Positions 1 to 7,326 of a stretch of 34,050 nucleotides of DNA are shown here, piece by piece. Under the pieces are notes generated by a model. It was not told where the DNA came from. It ran no database searches and saw only the letters and a program-made list of their open reading frames with translations. The DNA comes from a virus (lineage: Duplodnaviria > Heunggongvirae > Uroviricota > Caudoviricetes), in the IMG/VR virus record IMGVR_UViG_3300047159_000064, one strand, 5' to 3'. Numbering within the stretch: position 1 is the first letter of the stretch; every line of letters starts with the position of its first letter. The position numbers were made by a program, and so were the translations under genes.

Positions 1-165
1 AAAGCCGACGGCTGAGCCGACGGCCTAGATGGAGCGCCTGATGGATCCCGACACCACACTGTCGCTTTGGAAGAGCGACGTACTTCCTTTATACTACAGA
101 CGCAAACAAAGCCGCGCAGACATCTCTGTCAAGCGCGGCCAAGCTGATGCTGGTTTTAAGCCTTA

Positions 166-645
166 TTAGGCTTTTTTGACAGATTCTTTGTTCGAAAAGT
201 CGGACGCTTCGGCGATATCGGCCTTAATCGTCTCCTTACGAGAATTTAGCGCATCATATTCGCTGTTGAGCAACGCTTTCAAGCGATCGATGGTCGCGAT
301 GGCGGTCTTGATGCCTCCGCGAGCGGCGATATTGCCTGCCAATTCTGCGCGAAGAGAGGCGATCTCGCGACCTGCCTTTTCGTCGTAGACATCAGTCGGC
401 GATACGACGGCGATGCCCTTTGTGCATCCGGTGACGTCATACTCCAAGGCGCTGAGCGCCGAGCTGAGGATGTCGCGATCGTGGTTGAACTCGTCGATGG
501 CATGCCCTTCTAAGGTGTAATTGCCCAAAACAACAGTGGTAACATTATTAGTGAAACCGCTGTCGTCTTTGTAGCGATAAAGCTTCGTGGCGTGCGTGCG
601 CGACGTCTTGATAGCTTTCATAGTAATCTTCTTTTTCTTGCTCAT
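166..645 (-). CDS. Phage hypothetical protein
   Basis: ORF-track frame; likely start ATG 645 after AAAGGA RBS; ends TAA TAA; has a G-x-A-x(4)-D-x-YDEKAGREIA segment common in phage proteins. Confidence 0.8.
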   Translation of the reverse strand: MSKKKKITMKAIKTSRTHATKLYRYKDDSGFTNNVTTVVLGNYTLEGHAIDEFNHDRDILSSALSALEYDVTGCTKGIAVVSPTDVYDEKAGREIASLRAELAGNIAARGGIKTAIATIDRLKALLNSEYDALNSRKETIKADIAEASDFSNKESVKKA

Positions 646-680
646 AATAAGTGTTCCTTTCATGTTATTTTAACAAGATT

Positions 681-756
681 TGGTCGCGGGGGCTGGATTC
701 GAACCAGCGACCTTCTGGGTATGAACCAGGCAAGCTAACCTCTGCTCTACCCCGCA
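681..756 (-). tRNA. tRNA-Met(CAT), initiator-like
   Basis: Cloverleaf, anticodon loop TT-CAT-AC, encoded CCA; GCGGGG/CCCCGC acceptor like fMet, but U1.G72 and only two G-C pairs at the anticodon stem base. Confidence 0.85.
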
Positions 757-811
757 ATATATATTATTATACGCCGTTTCTTTTGAAACAGCCGCATAAT
801 CTCATCTGATA

Positions 812-890
812 TGGTGCCTTTCCTGGGATTCGAACCCTCAACCTAGCGGGTAGAAACCGCTTGCTCTGAATCCAATTGAGCTATGGAGGC
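812..890 (-). tRNA. tRNA-Arg(TCT), probably degenerate
   Basis: D arm and anticodon arm AGCGG-TTTCTAC-CCGCT intact; 3 acceptor and 2 T-stem mismatches caused by one 5-nt block. Confidence 0.65.
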
Positions 891-894
891 AGTT

Positions 895-970
895 TGGACT
901 CCTTGCAGAGATTTAAACTCTGATCACAGACTTAGGAGGTCTATATCTTATTCAGTTAGAAGACAAGGAG
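895..970 (-). tRNA. tRNA-Arg(CCT), AT-rich divergent
   Basis: Perfect CTCCTTG/CAAGGAG acceptor, T-CCA end, loop CT-CCT-AA; non-canonical T loop TTTAAAT and D loop. Confidence 0.7.
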
Positions 971-1081
971 ATTTTTCTAAGAAGGAACTCGCATAGGTAA
1001 TTTTGTCCATCGCACTAATGTAATCTTAGAAAAAATGCTACATGGCTTAACCACATAGCATTTTAATTGCATATTTTTTTA

Positions 1082-1180
1082 AGAAACTGGGCAATTAACT
1101 TTTGTGGAAGCCATGATCAAATGAACCAAATCTCTTTGGTTTTTTCTACTTTTAATGTTTTTTCTGTTCATTTGCATCAT
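1082..1180 (-). CDS. Possible 33-aa small ORF (MMQMNRKNIK...); the TAA stop extends to 1079
   Basis: Strong AAGGAG RBS and TATACT -10 upstream; no recognisable homology. Confidence 0.3.
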
Positions 1181-1233
1181 AGCTTTTTCTCCTTTAGTAT
1201 AACATTTTTGCAAATTTTGCATTTTTGTAACCA

Positions 1234-2067
1234 TTAACTATTTCTTTTAAATACGTGTTTACCTAAACTATCTTTATAATAACTAACTGTATCTTTAATT
1301 TGATGTCTAGTTAAGCCAGTAAATTTCTCTACTTTTGCTTGCCAACCATACTTGGTTAAATCAATTCCAGAATTTATTATTAATTCCTTTCTTCTTTCTA
1401 ATTCTTTAAAGCCAAGCTTAGTAGAAGTTATTTTTCCTTCTTTATCAACTTGCCCATTATTAATTTTTTCAATTAATTCGGCTGGCTGATGCTTATAAAT
1501 TCCTTGGTGCGAGGTAGGAGATTTGAACTCCTGCTCTATTTTAGAAGCAAGGTTTGAGCTTGCCGCGTCTACCAATTCCGCCAACCTCGCTTGTTTTTCA
1601 AGACGTTGTTGATGAGTTTTAACATTTTTGCCACAAAAATTTTCAGTAAATGCATGACAATTTGGGCAGAGAATTTGCAAATTATCTAATTGATTATTTA
1701 ATTTATCTCCATCAATATGATGTAATTCTAATGGAGCTTCTTTATCTAACCAATGTGTAATTCCGCAGCATTCACAACGTTTTTCCTTGTAGCCTTCTTT
1801 AAATAATTTTTCTTTTAAAGTGCCAGATTTAATTTTACTGCCATACTTTAGATAATTTATAGCTGGAATATATTCATGCCCACCCTGTTTCTGTTCTGCT
1901 GTTCTTTTTCCTTGTTGACCTCTGTAATTAATATTTAATTCTTTTAAATACTTAACCAATGTTTCTTGTTTACAATTTAATTGCTTTGCAATATTACAGA
2001 GTGGTTCATTTTTAGCAACTAGCTCTAATATTTTATCTTTTTGGCTTAAAATATCTTTTCTATTCAT
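1234..2067 (-). CDS. HNH homing-type endonuclease
   Basis: CECCG...ELHHIDGDKLNNQLDNLQILCPNCH zinc/HNH motif; HTH-like N-terminus; AT-rich; likely start ATG 2067 after AGGAG. Confidence 0.9.
   Translation of the reverse strand: MNRKDILSQKDKILELVAKNEPLCNIAKQLNCKQETLVKYLKELNINYRGQQGKRTAEQKQGGHEYIPAINYLKYGSKIKSGTLKEKLFKEGYKEKRCECCGITHWLDKEAPLELHHIDGDKLNNQLDNLQILCPNCHAFTENFCGKNVKTHQQRLEKQARLAELVDAASSNLASKIEQEFKSPTSHQGIYKHQPAELIEKINNGQVDKEGKITSTKLGFKELERRKELIINSGIDLTKYGWQAKVEKFTGLTRHQIKDTVSYYKDSLGKHVFKRNS
1505..1590 (-). tRNA. tRNA-Leu(CAA), nested inside the HNH ORF
   Basis: GCGAGGT/ACCTCGC acceptor, A-CCA, Leu-type D loop GGCGGAATTGGTAGACGC, GCAAG-CTCAAAC-CTTGC anticodon arm, long variable arm. 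Confidence 0.9.
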
Positions 2068-2146
2068 AAATACTCCTATTATATTAAAATTTAGCAAATA
2101 TTTGGTAGAAGTATTTACAAATTTTCAATTGCCTCTGCCAGTTGGA

Positions 2147-2443
2147 TTAGAAAGGCAGCTTCATCTCAGGCGTTCCGCCCGATACCGTCTTTATGCCCAA
2201 TCCGCACAACGTTATGCTGCTGATGTTGCTTTCCACGTAAGACGGGATGACATGGCTTTCGTCGCATACCGTTCCGTTGATCGTCATCTTCACAGACGCG
2301 CCGTCTAAGCACAGCCACTTGTTGGCCAGATCCACAGGCGTCATCGCCGAGATGATTATCTCGTAGTCCGAGAAATTTCCAGGCATCGCGTCGCCGTCTT
2401 TCATGAATACCGACGACGTTCCTTTTATGGCTATTCTGTACAT
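2147..2443 (-). CDS. Hypothetical protein
   Basis: 98-aa ORF, AAGGAG RBS, TAA stop. Confidence 0.8.
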   Translation of the reverse strand: MYRIAIKGTSSVFMKDGDAMPGNFSDYEIIISAMTPVDLANKWLCLDGASVKMTINGTVCDESHVIPSYVESNISSITLCGLGIKTVSGGTPEMKLPF

Positions 2444-2463
2444 TAGCTATCTCCTTGCGATTT

Positions 2464-2539
2464 TGGTGGGCTGAGTTAGAATCGAACTAACATGTGCGGT
2501 TTTTCAAACCGCTGCCTTGACCACATCGGCCTCCAGCCC
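2464..2539 (-). tRNA. tRNA-Phe(GAA)
   Basis: Cloverleaf, GCGGT-TTGAAAA-ACCGC, CCA. Confidence 0.85.
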
Positions 2540-2544
2540 AAATT

Positions 2545-2627
2545 TGGTGGGTCGGGAGGGATTTGAACCCTCACCCTTTCGGACACGCTTCTGAGACGTG
2601 CGCGTATACCTGTTCCGCCACCGACCC
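2545..2627 (-). tRNA. tRNA-Leu(CAG)
   Basis: Cloverleaf with long variable arm, CT-CAG-AA, CCA. Confidence 0.93.
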
Positions 2628-2635
2628 AATTTTTG

Positions 2636-2800
2636 TGTGGTTCCCAATGGGGAATCACTGAGGGTGTTCCAGAGCCAGCCTATTCCATAGAGATCGCAAC
2701 TTTTGGAAGCGGCTTATATAAGAACTCTGTAGCCGGTTTCGGATGCAATCCTCCCATGCCGGCATGGTACTCTGAACCTGGTTGCGACCAGGAAACATTC
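2636..2800 (-). ncRNA. Unnamed structured RNA spacer containing pseudoknot motif copy A
   Basis: No credible ORF; multiple hairpins; shares the AGAGTA-pseudoknot motif with three other spacer sites. Confidence 0.5.
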
Positions 2801-2804
2801 GTTT

Positions 2805-2880
2805 TGGTCCCCCGTGACGGGCTTGAACCGTCGACCCCTTGATTAAAAGTCAAGTGCTCTACCACTGAGCTAACGGAGGG
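2805..2880 (-). tRNA. tRNA-Lys(TTT)
   Basis: Canonical cloverleaf, CT-TTT-AA, CCA. Confidence 0.95.
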
Positions 2881-2889
2881 TATCGACGA

Positions 2890-2971
2890 TGGTGCCCGAA
2901 GGGAGACTCGAACTCCCACCCTCGCGGATGCGCACCTCAAGCGCACGCGTATACCATTCCGCCATTCGGGC
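2890..2971 (-). tRNA. tRNA-Leu(GAG)
   Basis: Cloverleaf, TT-GAG-GT, long variable arm, CCA. Confidence 0.93.
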
Positions 2972-2978
2972 AAATTAG

Positions 2979-3090
2979 GCCAAGCTATTAAGGTGCTCTG
3001 CCACTGAGCTACGCCCCCATGCTGTTGGGAGCGGCGAGAATCGAACTCGCGACCACCTGGTTAAAATCCAATGAAATAAGCGTTGGCTCT
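2979..3090 (-). ncRNA. YrlA/Y RNA-like RNA with a circularly permuted tRNA-like domain
   Basis: 5'->3' order: T arm (GCGAG-TTCGATT-CTCGC), loop-closed acceptor-like stem (CGCTCCC/GGGGGCG), D arm (GCTC-AGTGGCA-GAGC); ends close as GCCAA-C-GCT/AGC-TTGGC with a bulged C. Confidence 0.8.
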
Positions 3091-3091
3091 A

Positions 3092-3167
3092 TGGTGGACC
3101 TTAAGGGGCTCGAACCCTTGACCTCCTCCATGCCATGGAGGCGCTCTCCCAACTGAGCTAAAAGCCC
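3092..3167 (-). tRNA. tRNA-Ala(GGC)
   Basis: Cloverleaf, G3.U70, AT-GGC-AT, CCA. Confidence 0.93.
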
Positions 3168-3169
3168 GA

Positions 3170-3922
3170 CTCAAGAGAGCTTGCGTTCGGTCCTTAGGCC
3201 GACAACAATTCTTAGGCTCTCTCTAAACTGCTTTTTGTTCAAGCAGATGAACTCTAGCCAGCGATAGGCCGTTGGCAGACCGCCCTTTGACGTTAGGCGC
3301 TTTGTTCGCGCACGTTCTGCGAATGGGACCCTCGCCGAACGGCCTTATTTCAGGCCGCCGGGTAAACATAGCTTTGTTATCTTGTTTACCGACGCAACGT
3401 TATCCCGTGCGTCATAGGGGGAAGTTTTTACGCGCACTTCCAACGATAGGGCTATAACCATGTTGAACCCCTGATGGATTTTTTAACGACTTATCATGTC
3501 GATATCGCAGACCGGGTAAACCGGTCTTGACGTCATTGTTTTAGAATGAGCGATATTCGGCGTCGCCCATTCCAGCGGCTTAACCCTACCGCGGGACTCA
3601 TTCGCGCGAATCGCTTCGCCGAACGATATGGTTTTTAGCCTTGCGGCAAGAGGTTCAAATACCATTCCTCTGTTTTCTTCGGGTCTCTCCCGCTCCGTTC
3701 GTACGTTAGGAGACGCTGTATTAACCTGCCTTACGACAGGATATAGCCTTAGATTCGGTCTTCAGCGGATATCGCCGCCGCGGACTACCGAAAGCCGTTG
3801 CCTTATCTGCTGGCTTGCGCCTTCGATTAGACACCGCCATTACTTTCCCGCTGGCTGAAGGACGAGGCCCTTCGAACGCGCCGATCGAGCGCTTAGGCAG
3901 GCAATCAGGTTTCCCCGACCGC
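3170..3922 (-). ncRNA. Candidate large ornate ncRNA (GOLLD/ROOL-like)
   Basis: ~750 nt between tRNAs with no credible ORF; dense hairpins with GNRA loops (GGC-GCAA-GCC, GCC-GCAA-GGC, CCTGTC-GTAA-GGCAGG); family assignment from recall only. Confidence 0.5.
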
Positions 3923-3924
3923 CG

Positions 3925-3999
3925 TGGTGGAGCTTATCGGAATCGGACCGATGACCTCTTCCTTGCGAAGGAAGCGTTCTCCCCCTGAACTAAAACCCC
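3925..3999 (-). tRNA. tRNA-Ala(CGC)
   Basis: Cloverleaf, G3.U70, TT-CGC-AA, CCA; T loop variant TCCGATT. Confidence 0.88.
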
Positions 4000-4001
4000 A
4001 T

Positions 4002-4314
4002 TGGTGGAGTGACTTTCGTGAAATCACCCCGTGGAATGACTCGCTGTTTCTGCCAAGGCTACCTTGCGGCCGACTCTTGCACATCGCGACCGTTACCTCG
4101 CCTTTTCGGCTACAGCAGCTCAGCCGTCGCGCCTTTGGAGGCTCCCACAGACGGCGTGGTACTCTAATACCGCCGGTGCAACGGCGGAATTATTCTAAAC
4201 ATAACCGTGTTTCTCTCGACAGGACGATTAATTATTTATCTTTATGCGCACATGGCGTGCGCACTCGGGCTCTCACCGAGATATCCTGCATCCTGAGATA
4301 GTGATCGTAACCCC
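4002..4314 (-). ncRNA. tmRNA-sized RNA with Ala-acceptor-like ends (atypical)
   Basis: Starts GGGG, ends CTCC-A-CCA (G3.U70 possible), 313 nt, contains a pseudoknot; no canonical T arm or recognisable tag peptide. Confidence 0.4.
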
Positions 4315-4327
4315 TAGGCGTTTATGT

Positions 4328-4404
4328 TGGCGGGACCTATGGGACTCGAACCCATGACCTTCGCAGTGACAGTGCGACATTCTAACCAACTGAACTAAAA
4401 TCCC
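4328..4404 (-). tRNA. tRNA-Asp(GTC)
   Basis: Cloverleaf, CT-GTC-AC, G-CCA. Confidence 0.93.
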
Positions 4405-4672
4405 ATTTGGTTTTGAAAGTTTTCCTTCTTTACCGCCAACTCCCGTTATTCGCTGCAAGCGCTCGGCATAAGTTATAGGCGGATTTCGGCTGTTTTAACA
4501 TAAGCGACGCGACTCTGTTTTTGCAGATTATGGCTTCTGACGCATGTGCCAGAAACTCATCGCAGACTCGGCCTTATGACGCAGTTAGCATTTCGACAGC
4601 CGTTGGATCTTCGCTCAGAGCATGCCCGTAAAACGAAGCTCCTTCTCAGGTTTAACCGGTTTTCCTTCCGGA
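4405..4672 (-). ncRNA. Unnamed putative structured RNA spacer
   Basis: 268 nt non-coding; long-range stems CGGCTGT/ACAGCCG, CCGCC..AACT/AGTTGGCGG, CTTCG/CGAAG. Confidence 0.35.
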
Positions 4673-4755
4673 TGGTGTCTGAGGCCGGAATCGAACCGGC
4701 ATGGTTTCCCGTGGCATTTTAAGTGCCATGCGTATACCGGTTTCGCCACTCAGAC
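4673..4755 (-). tRNA. tRNA-Leu(TAA)
   Basis: Cloverleaf, CT-TAA-AA, long variable arm, CCA. Confidence 0.93.
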
Positions 4756-4759
4756 GTTC

Positions 4760-4835
4760 TGGTGCCCACTGACGGGTTCGAACCGCCGACCCACTGATTA
4801 CAAATCAGTAGCTCTTCCAGCTGAGCTAAGAGGGC
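4760..4835 (-). tRNA. tRNA-Thr(TGT)
   Basis: Cloverleaf, TT-TGT-AA, CCA. Confidence 0.94.
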
Positions 4836-5382
4836 AGTATGCCAAGCGCTGTTTCATTGTAGAAAAGACTTGGCCGGAAAACAAATTCAATGCGCCTGAC
4901 TTTTAGCGCTCACCTCTGCAAGGCAAGCTACACAGCGACGCATACTAGTCCGCAACAATTGTCATCTCTCTCCTGCGGACGGAATACTCTATAACCGCGT
5001 TGCAGCGCGGATATATTCTAATGGTGGGCTGCTTCTACGTCGGAGAACCTCCCAAAAGAGTGTTCATTGCCGGTCAGCCGCCATATCCTCTCTCCGCTCT
5101 TGCAAGAGCTTTGATACCTTCTGGCCTTACCGACGGCGTAGCCATCGATGCTCGGTTCGCTCCCCCGACGGCGGGGTACTCTGATAACCTGTTGCAACAA
5201 GATTACATTCGGACTCAAGGGAGGAATTAAGAGCTTGCGCTCTTATCCTCCAGCAGGGTATGGCTTTCCATTTTCGCCCGTTAACGCTCATACGGTATTG
5301 GGCAGCTTCTGCTTCTGTCTTTCGACAAGGTGTGAATGCCGTTATTGTTACCTATCATAACCCTTTCGGGATATAACCTGAC
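4836..5382 (-). ncRNA. Unnamed large structured RNA spacer with pseudoknot motif copies C and D
   Basis: ~545 nt non-coding; GNRA hairpins (CCC-GAAA-GGG, TGTC-GAAA-GACA, AAGAGC-GCAA-GCTCTT). Confidence 0.5.
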
Positions 5383-5459
5383 TGGTCCTTCAGGAGGGAT
5401 TTGAACCCCCGACCCCGGCCTTATAAGGACCATGCTCTAACCAGCTGAGCTACTGAAGG
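5383..5459 (-). tRNA. tRNA-Ile(TAT)
   Basis: CCTTCAG/CTGAAGG acceptor, A-CCA, loop CT-TAT-AA. Confidence 0.85.
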
Positions 5460-5523
5460 ATACTTAATATTATACGTTGACGTTATCAGTATTTTTTAAT
5501 GATTCGACGATATCTTATCATAT

Positions 5524-5551
5524 TGGCTTCCGAGGCTGGATTCGAACCAGC
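5524..5551 (-). pseudogene. 3' fragment (T arm + acceptor strand + CCA) of an interrupted Gln-like tRNA
   Basis: GCTGG-TTCGAAT-CCAGC-CTCGGAA-G-CCA; acceptor strand matches the 5' piece at 6548-6554. Confidence 0.7.
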
Positions 5552-5745
5552 GCTCTTTGTGCTATGAACTAAGATATATATATATATCAAACTGCTCCAC
5601 CCAGCAATATCAATAAAAGTTCCAGCTTGACCTTACCAAGCCCCTCATATTTTTGAGTTTGCAACCTCTAAATATGCATGCCACAGCTTCCAGCACTTTG
5701 GAACTAATACATTATACAATGTATTTTATTAGTTATTAGCAAATT

Positions 5746-6474
5746 TTAATTATAAAGTTCAGTTATTTTAGATACTTTATAATTTTCTAAAACATACCTT
5801 ATACACGGTTTAATATCTGTTCCATATAAAACTTGTATACTTTTTCCAGATTGTCTAACTGCAGCATATTTTAATTGGTCTTTTTCAACTTCTCGGCCCT
5901 TTATTTCAATATACTGCCCGTCAACAATATAATCTGGAGTGTAATAATGAGTTTTACCCTTATACTTGTATTTGAATCTATCAGTACAACGGCTTATTTG
6001 CTTATTATTATCTTTACAATAGATATAATAAGCTAATTCCCAAGTAGACATATGATATATTCCATCATATCAGCCACCCTTACTATGTAAATTTCTAGGA
6101 TTATCAGAATGATTATAATTTAATAGCTTTTCTGAAATAAGAGCTTTCGTTTCTTCTGATAAATGTTTTCCAGTCATTGGTCCAGGATGAGTCTCATAAA
6201 ATTTTTTCTTTCCTTCTGAGATCTTTTTAATTACATCGCTAGTTTCTGCAGTTAGTCCTTTTGCTCAATTTTTGCCCCTGCCTGTATATCTATTGTTATG
6301 ATTATTTGGACCACAATGAGCTAAATGATATTTTAAACGTGTCCAATAAAATAACTTATGACATTTTGGACACTCTACCTTAACATTAGTTGGATTTAAC
6401 TCACACGCTTGAATATGCCTTGCCAATTTCTGCTTTGTTTCAAATTCTTTGCTACAATACTTACACTTATACAT
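5746..6474 (-). CDS. Zinc-finger/NUMOD3-like/PD-(D/E)XK homing-type endonuclease, 242 aa with two in-frame TGA
   Basis: Track ORFs 6265..6474 and 5746..6051 are one frame joined by TGA at 6267-6265 and 6072-6070; CKYC..HIQAC, CPKC..HLAHC, GKHLSEETKALIS, YTPDYIVDGQYIEIKG. Confidence 0.85.
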
Positions 6475-6521
6475 AATTAAATGCTCCTTATATATTATAC
6501 ATTTAATTTAGCATATTTTTT

Positions 6522-6554
6522 AAGTCCCGTGCCTTACCGCTTGGCTACTCGGAA
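6522..6554 (-). pseudogene. 5' half of an interrupted Gln-like tRNA
   Basis: TTCCGAG-TA-GCC-AAGCGGTAA-GGC-A-CGGGA-CTT, then AT-rich sequence. Confidence 0.7.
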
Positions 6555-6567
6555 ATAATTCTATCGG

Positions 6568-6900
6568 CTAGAAGCTCATCTTCCTGAGCTCTTCCGCCAA
6601 ACGATTCTTTCTGGCTTTAAGCGTGTCTATCTCATGGTCTATGCCGCGTATCTTGCTTTTTATCTTATTCATATCTATAATCAGCTTCGCACGCTCCAGA
6701 TCGCCGTCGCTGGATATTCGCTCGAACTCTGGAGCGTCGCTGACGTACAGCCACGGATTGCTGCTGCGGCCGCCCATGTCTATGTAATCGTCGCCGAAGT
6801 AATCTACGCAGCGCTTCGGCTTCTTGAACACTTTGATTATCTCTGAGCCGGAAGCGACCATATCGCCTTTGCTCAGGCTCATAAGCTCTTCTATCGTCAT
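6568..6900 (-). CDS. Hypothetical protein with C-terminal coiled coil
   Basis: 110-aa ORF, AAAGGAG RBS, TAG stop. Confidence 0.8.
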   Translation of the reverse strand: MTIEELMSLSKGDMVASGSEIIKVFKKPKRCVDYFGDDYIDMGGRSSNPWLYVSDAPEFERISSDGDLERAKLIIDMNKIKSKIRGIDHEIDTLKARKNRLAEELRKMSF

Positions 6901-6922
6901 AGGTCGCTCCTTTCTATTGCGC

Positions 6923-6998
6923 TGGTGCCGATTGGTGGATTCGAACCACCGACCTATCGCTTACGAGGCGATTGCACTTCCAGCTGTGCTAAATCGGC
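6923..6998 (-). tRNA. tRNA-Thr(CGT)
   Basis: Cloverleaf, CT-CGT-AA, CCA. Confidence 0.93.
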
Positions 6999-7000
6999 AG

Positions 7001-7075
7001 TGGTGGGCGCTGAGGGGTTCGAACCCACAACCCCCTCGGTGTAAACGAGGTGCTCTCCCGTTGAGCTAAGCGCCC
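7001..7075 (-). tRNA. tRNA-Val(TAC)
   Basis: Cloverleaf, TT-TAC-AC, CCA. Confidence 0.92.
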
Positions 7076-7194
7076 ATGCTTTTTATTATACGCCGCGGAT
7101 CGCGCTATTCCCGATAAAAATAAACGGGCCGCTTTCCAGCAGAGCCCGTTTATCGCGCTTTCGCGCATCGACATGCTTTTATCTTAAGTATGCT

Positions 7195-7326
7195 TTATAG
7201 ATGGGTCTCCGCGCCTTTCGAGCCTAACTCGACGGCGGCTGTTTGCGTACGATCAAATATCGCGGTTTGTCCTACAAATTCGCGGTCTTTAAGATCATAT
7301 ATTCGCAAAGCTTCAGAAATCATCAT
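7195..7326 (-). CDS. Small hypothetical protein (43 aa, MMISEALRIYDLKDREF...)
   Basis: Open frame immediately after a GCTAAATT motif; TAA stop followed by a terminator-like hairpin. Confidence 0.5.
   Translation of the reverse strand: MMISEALRIYDLKDREFVGQTAIFDRTQTAAVELGSKGAETHL

Noticed and set aside
895-970. AGG-to-Met reassignment via tRNA(CCU)
   Set aside because: Discriminator is U73, not the A73 of Met-type tRNAs, and there is no alignment evidence in this window
971-1075. Inverted repeats TTTTTCTAAGA/TCTTAGAAAAA and a second 31-codon ORF
   Set aside because: AT-rich, no RBS, and no tRNA or known motif could be supported
5552-5745. Canonical group I intron in the split tRNA
   Set aside because: No recognisable P7 R/S consensus, and splicing could not restore the missing anticodon-stem strand
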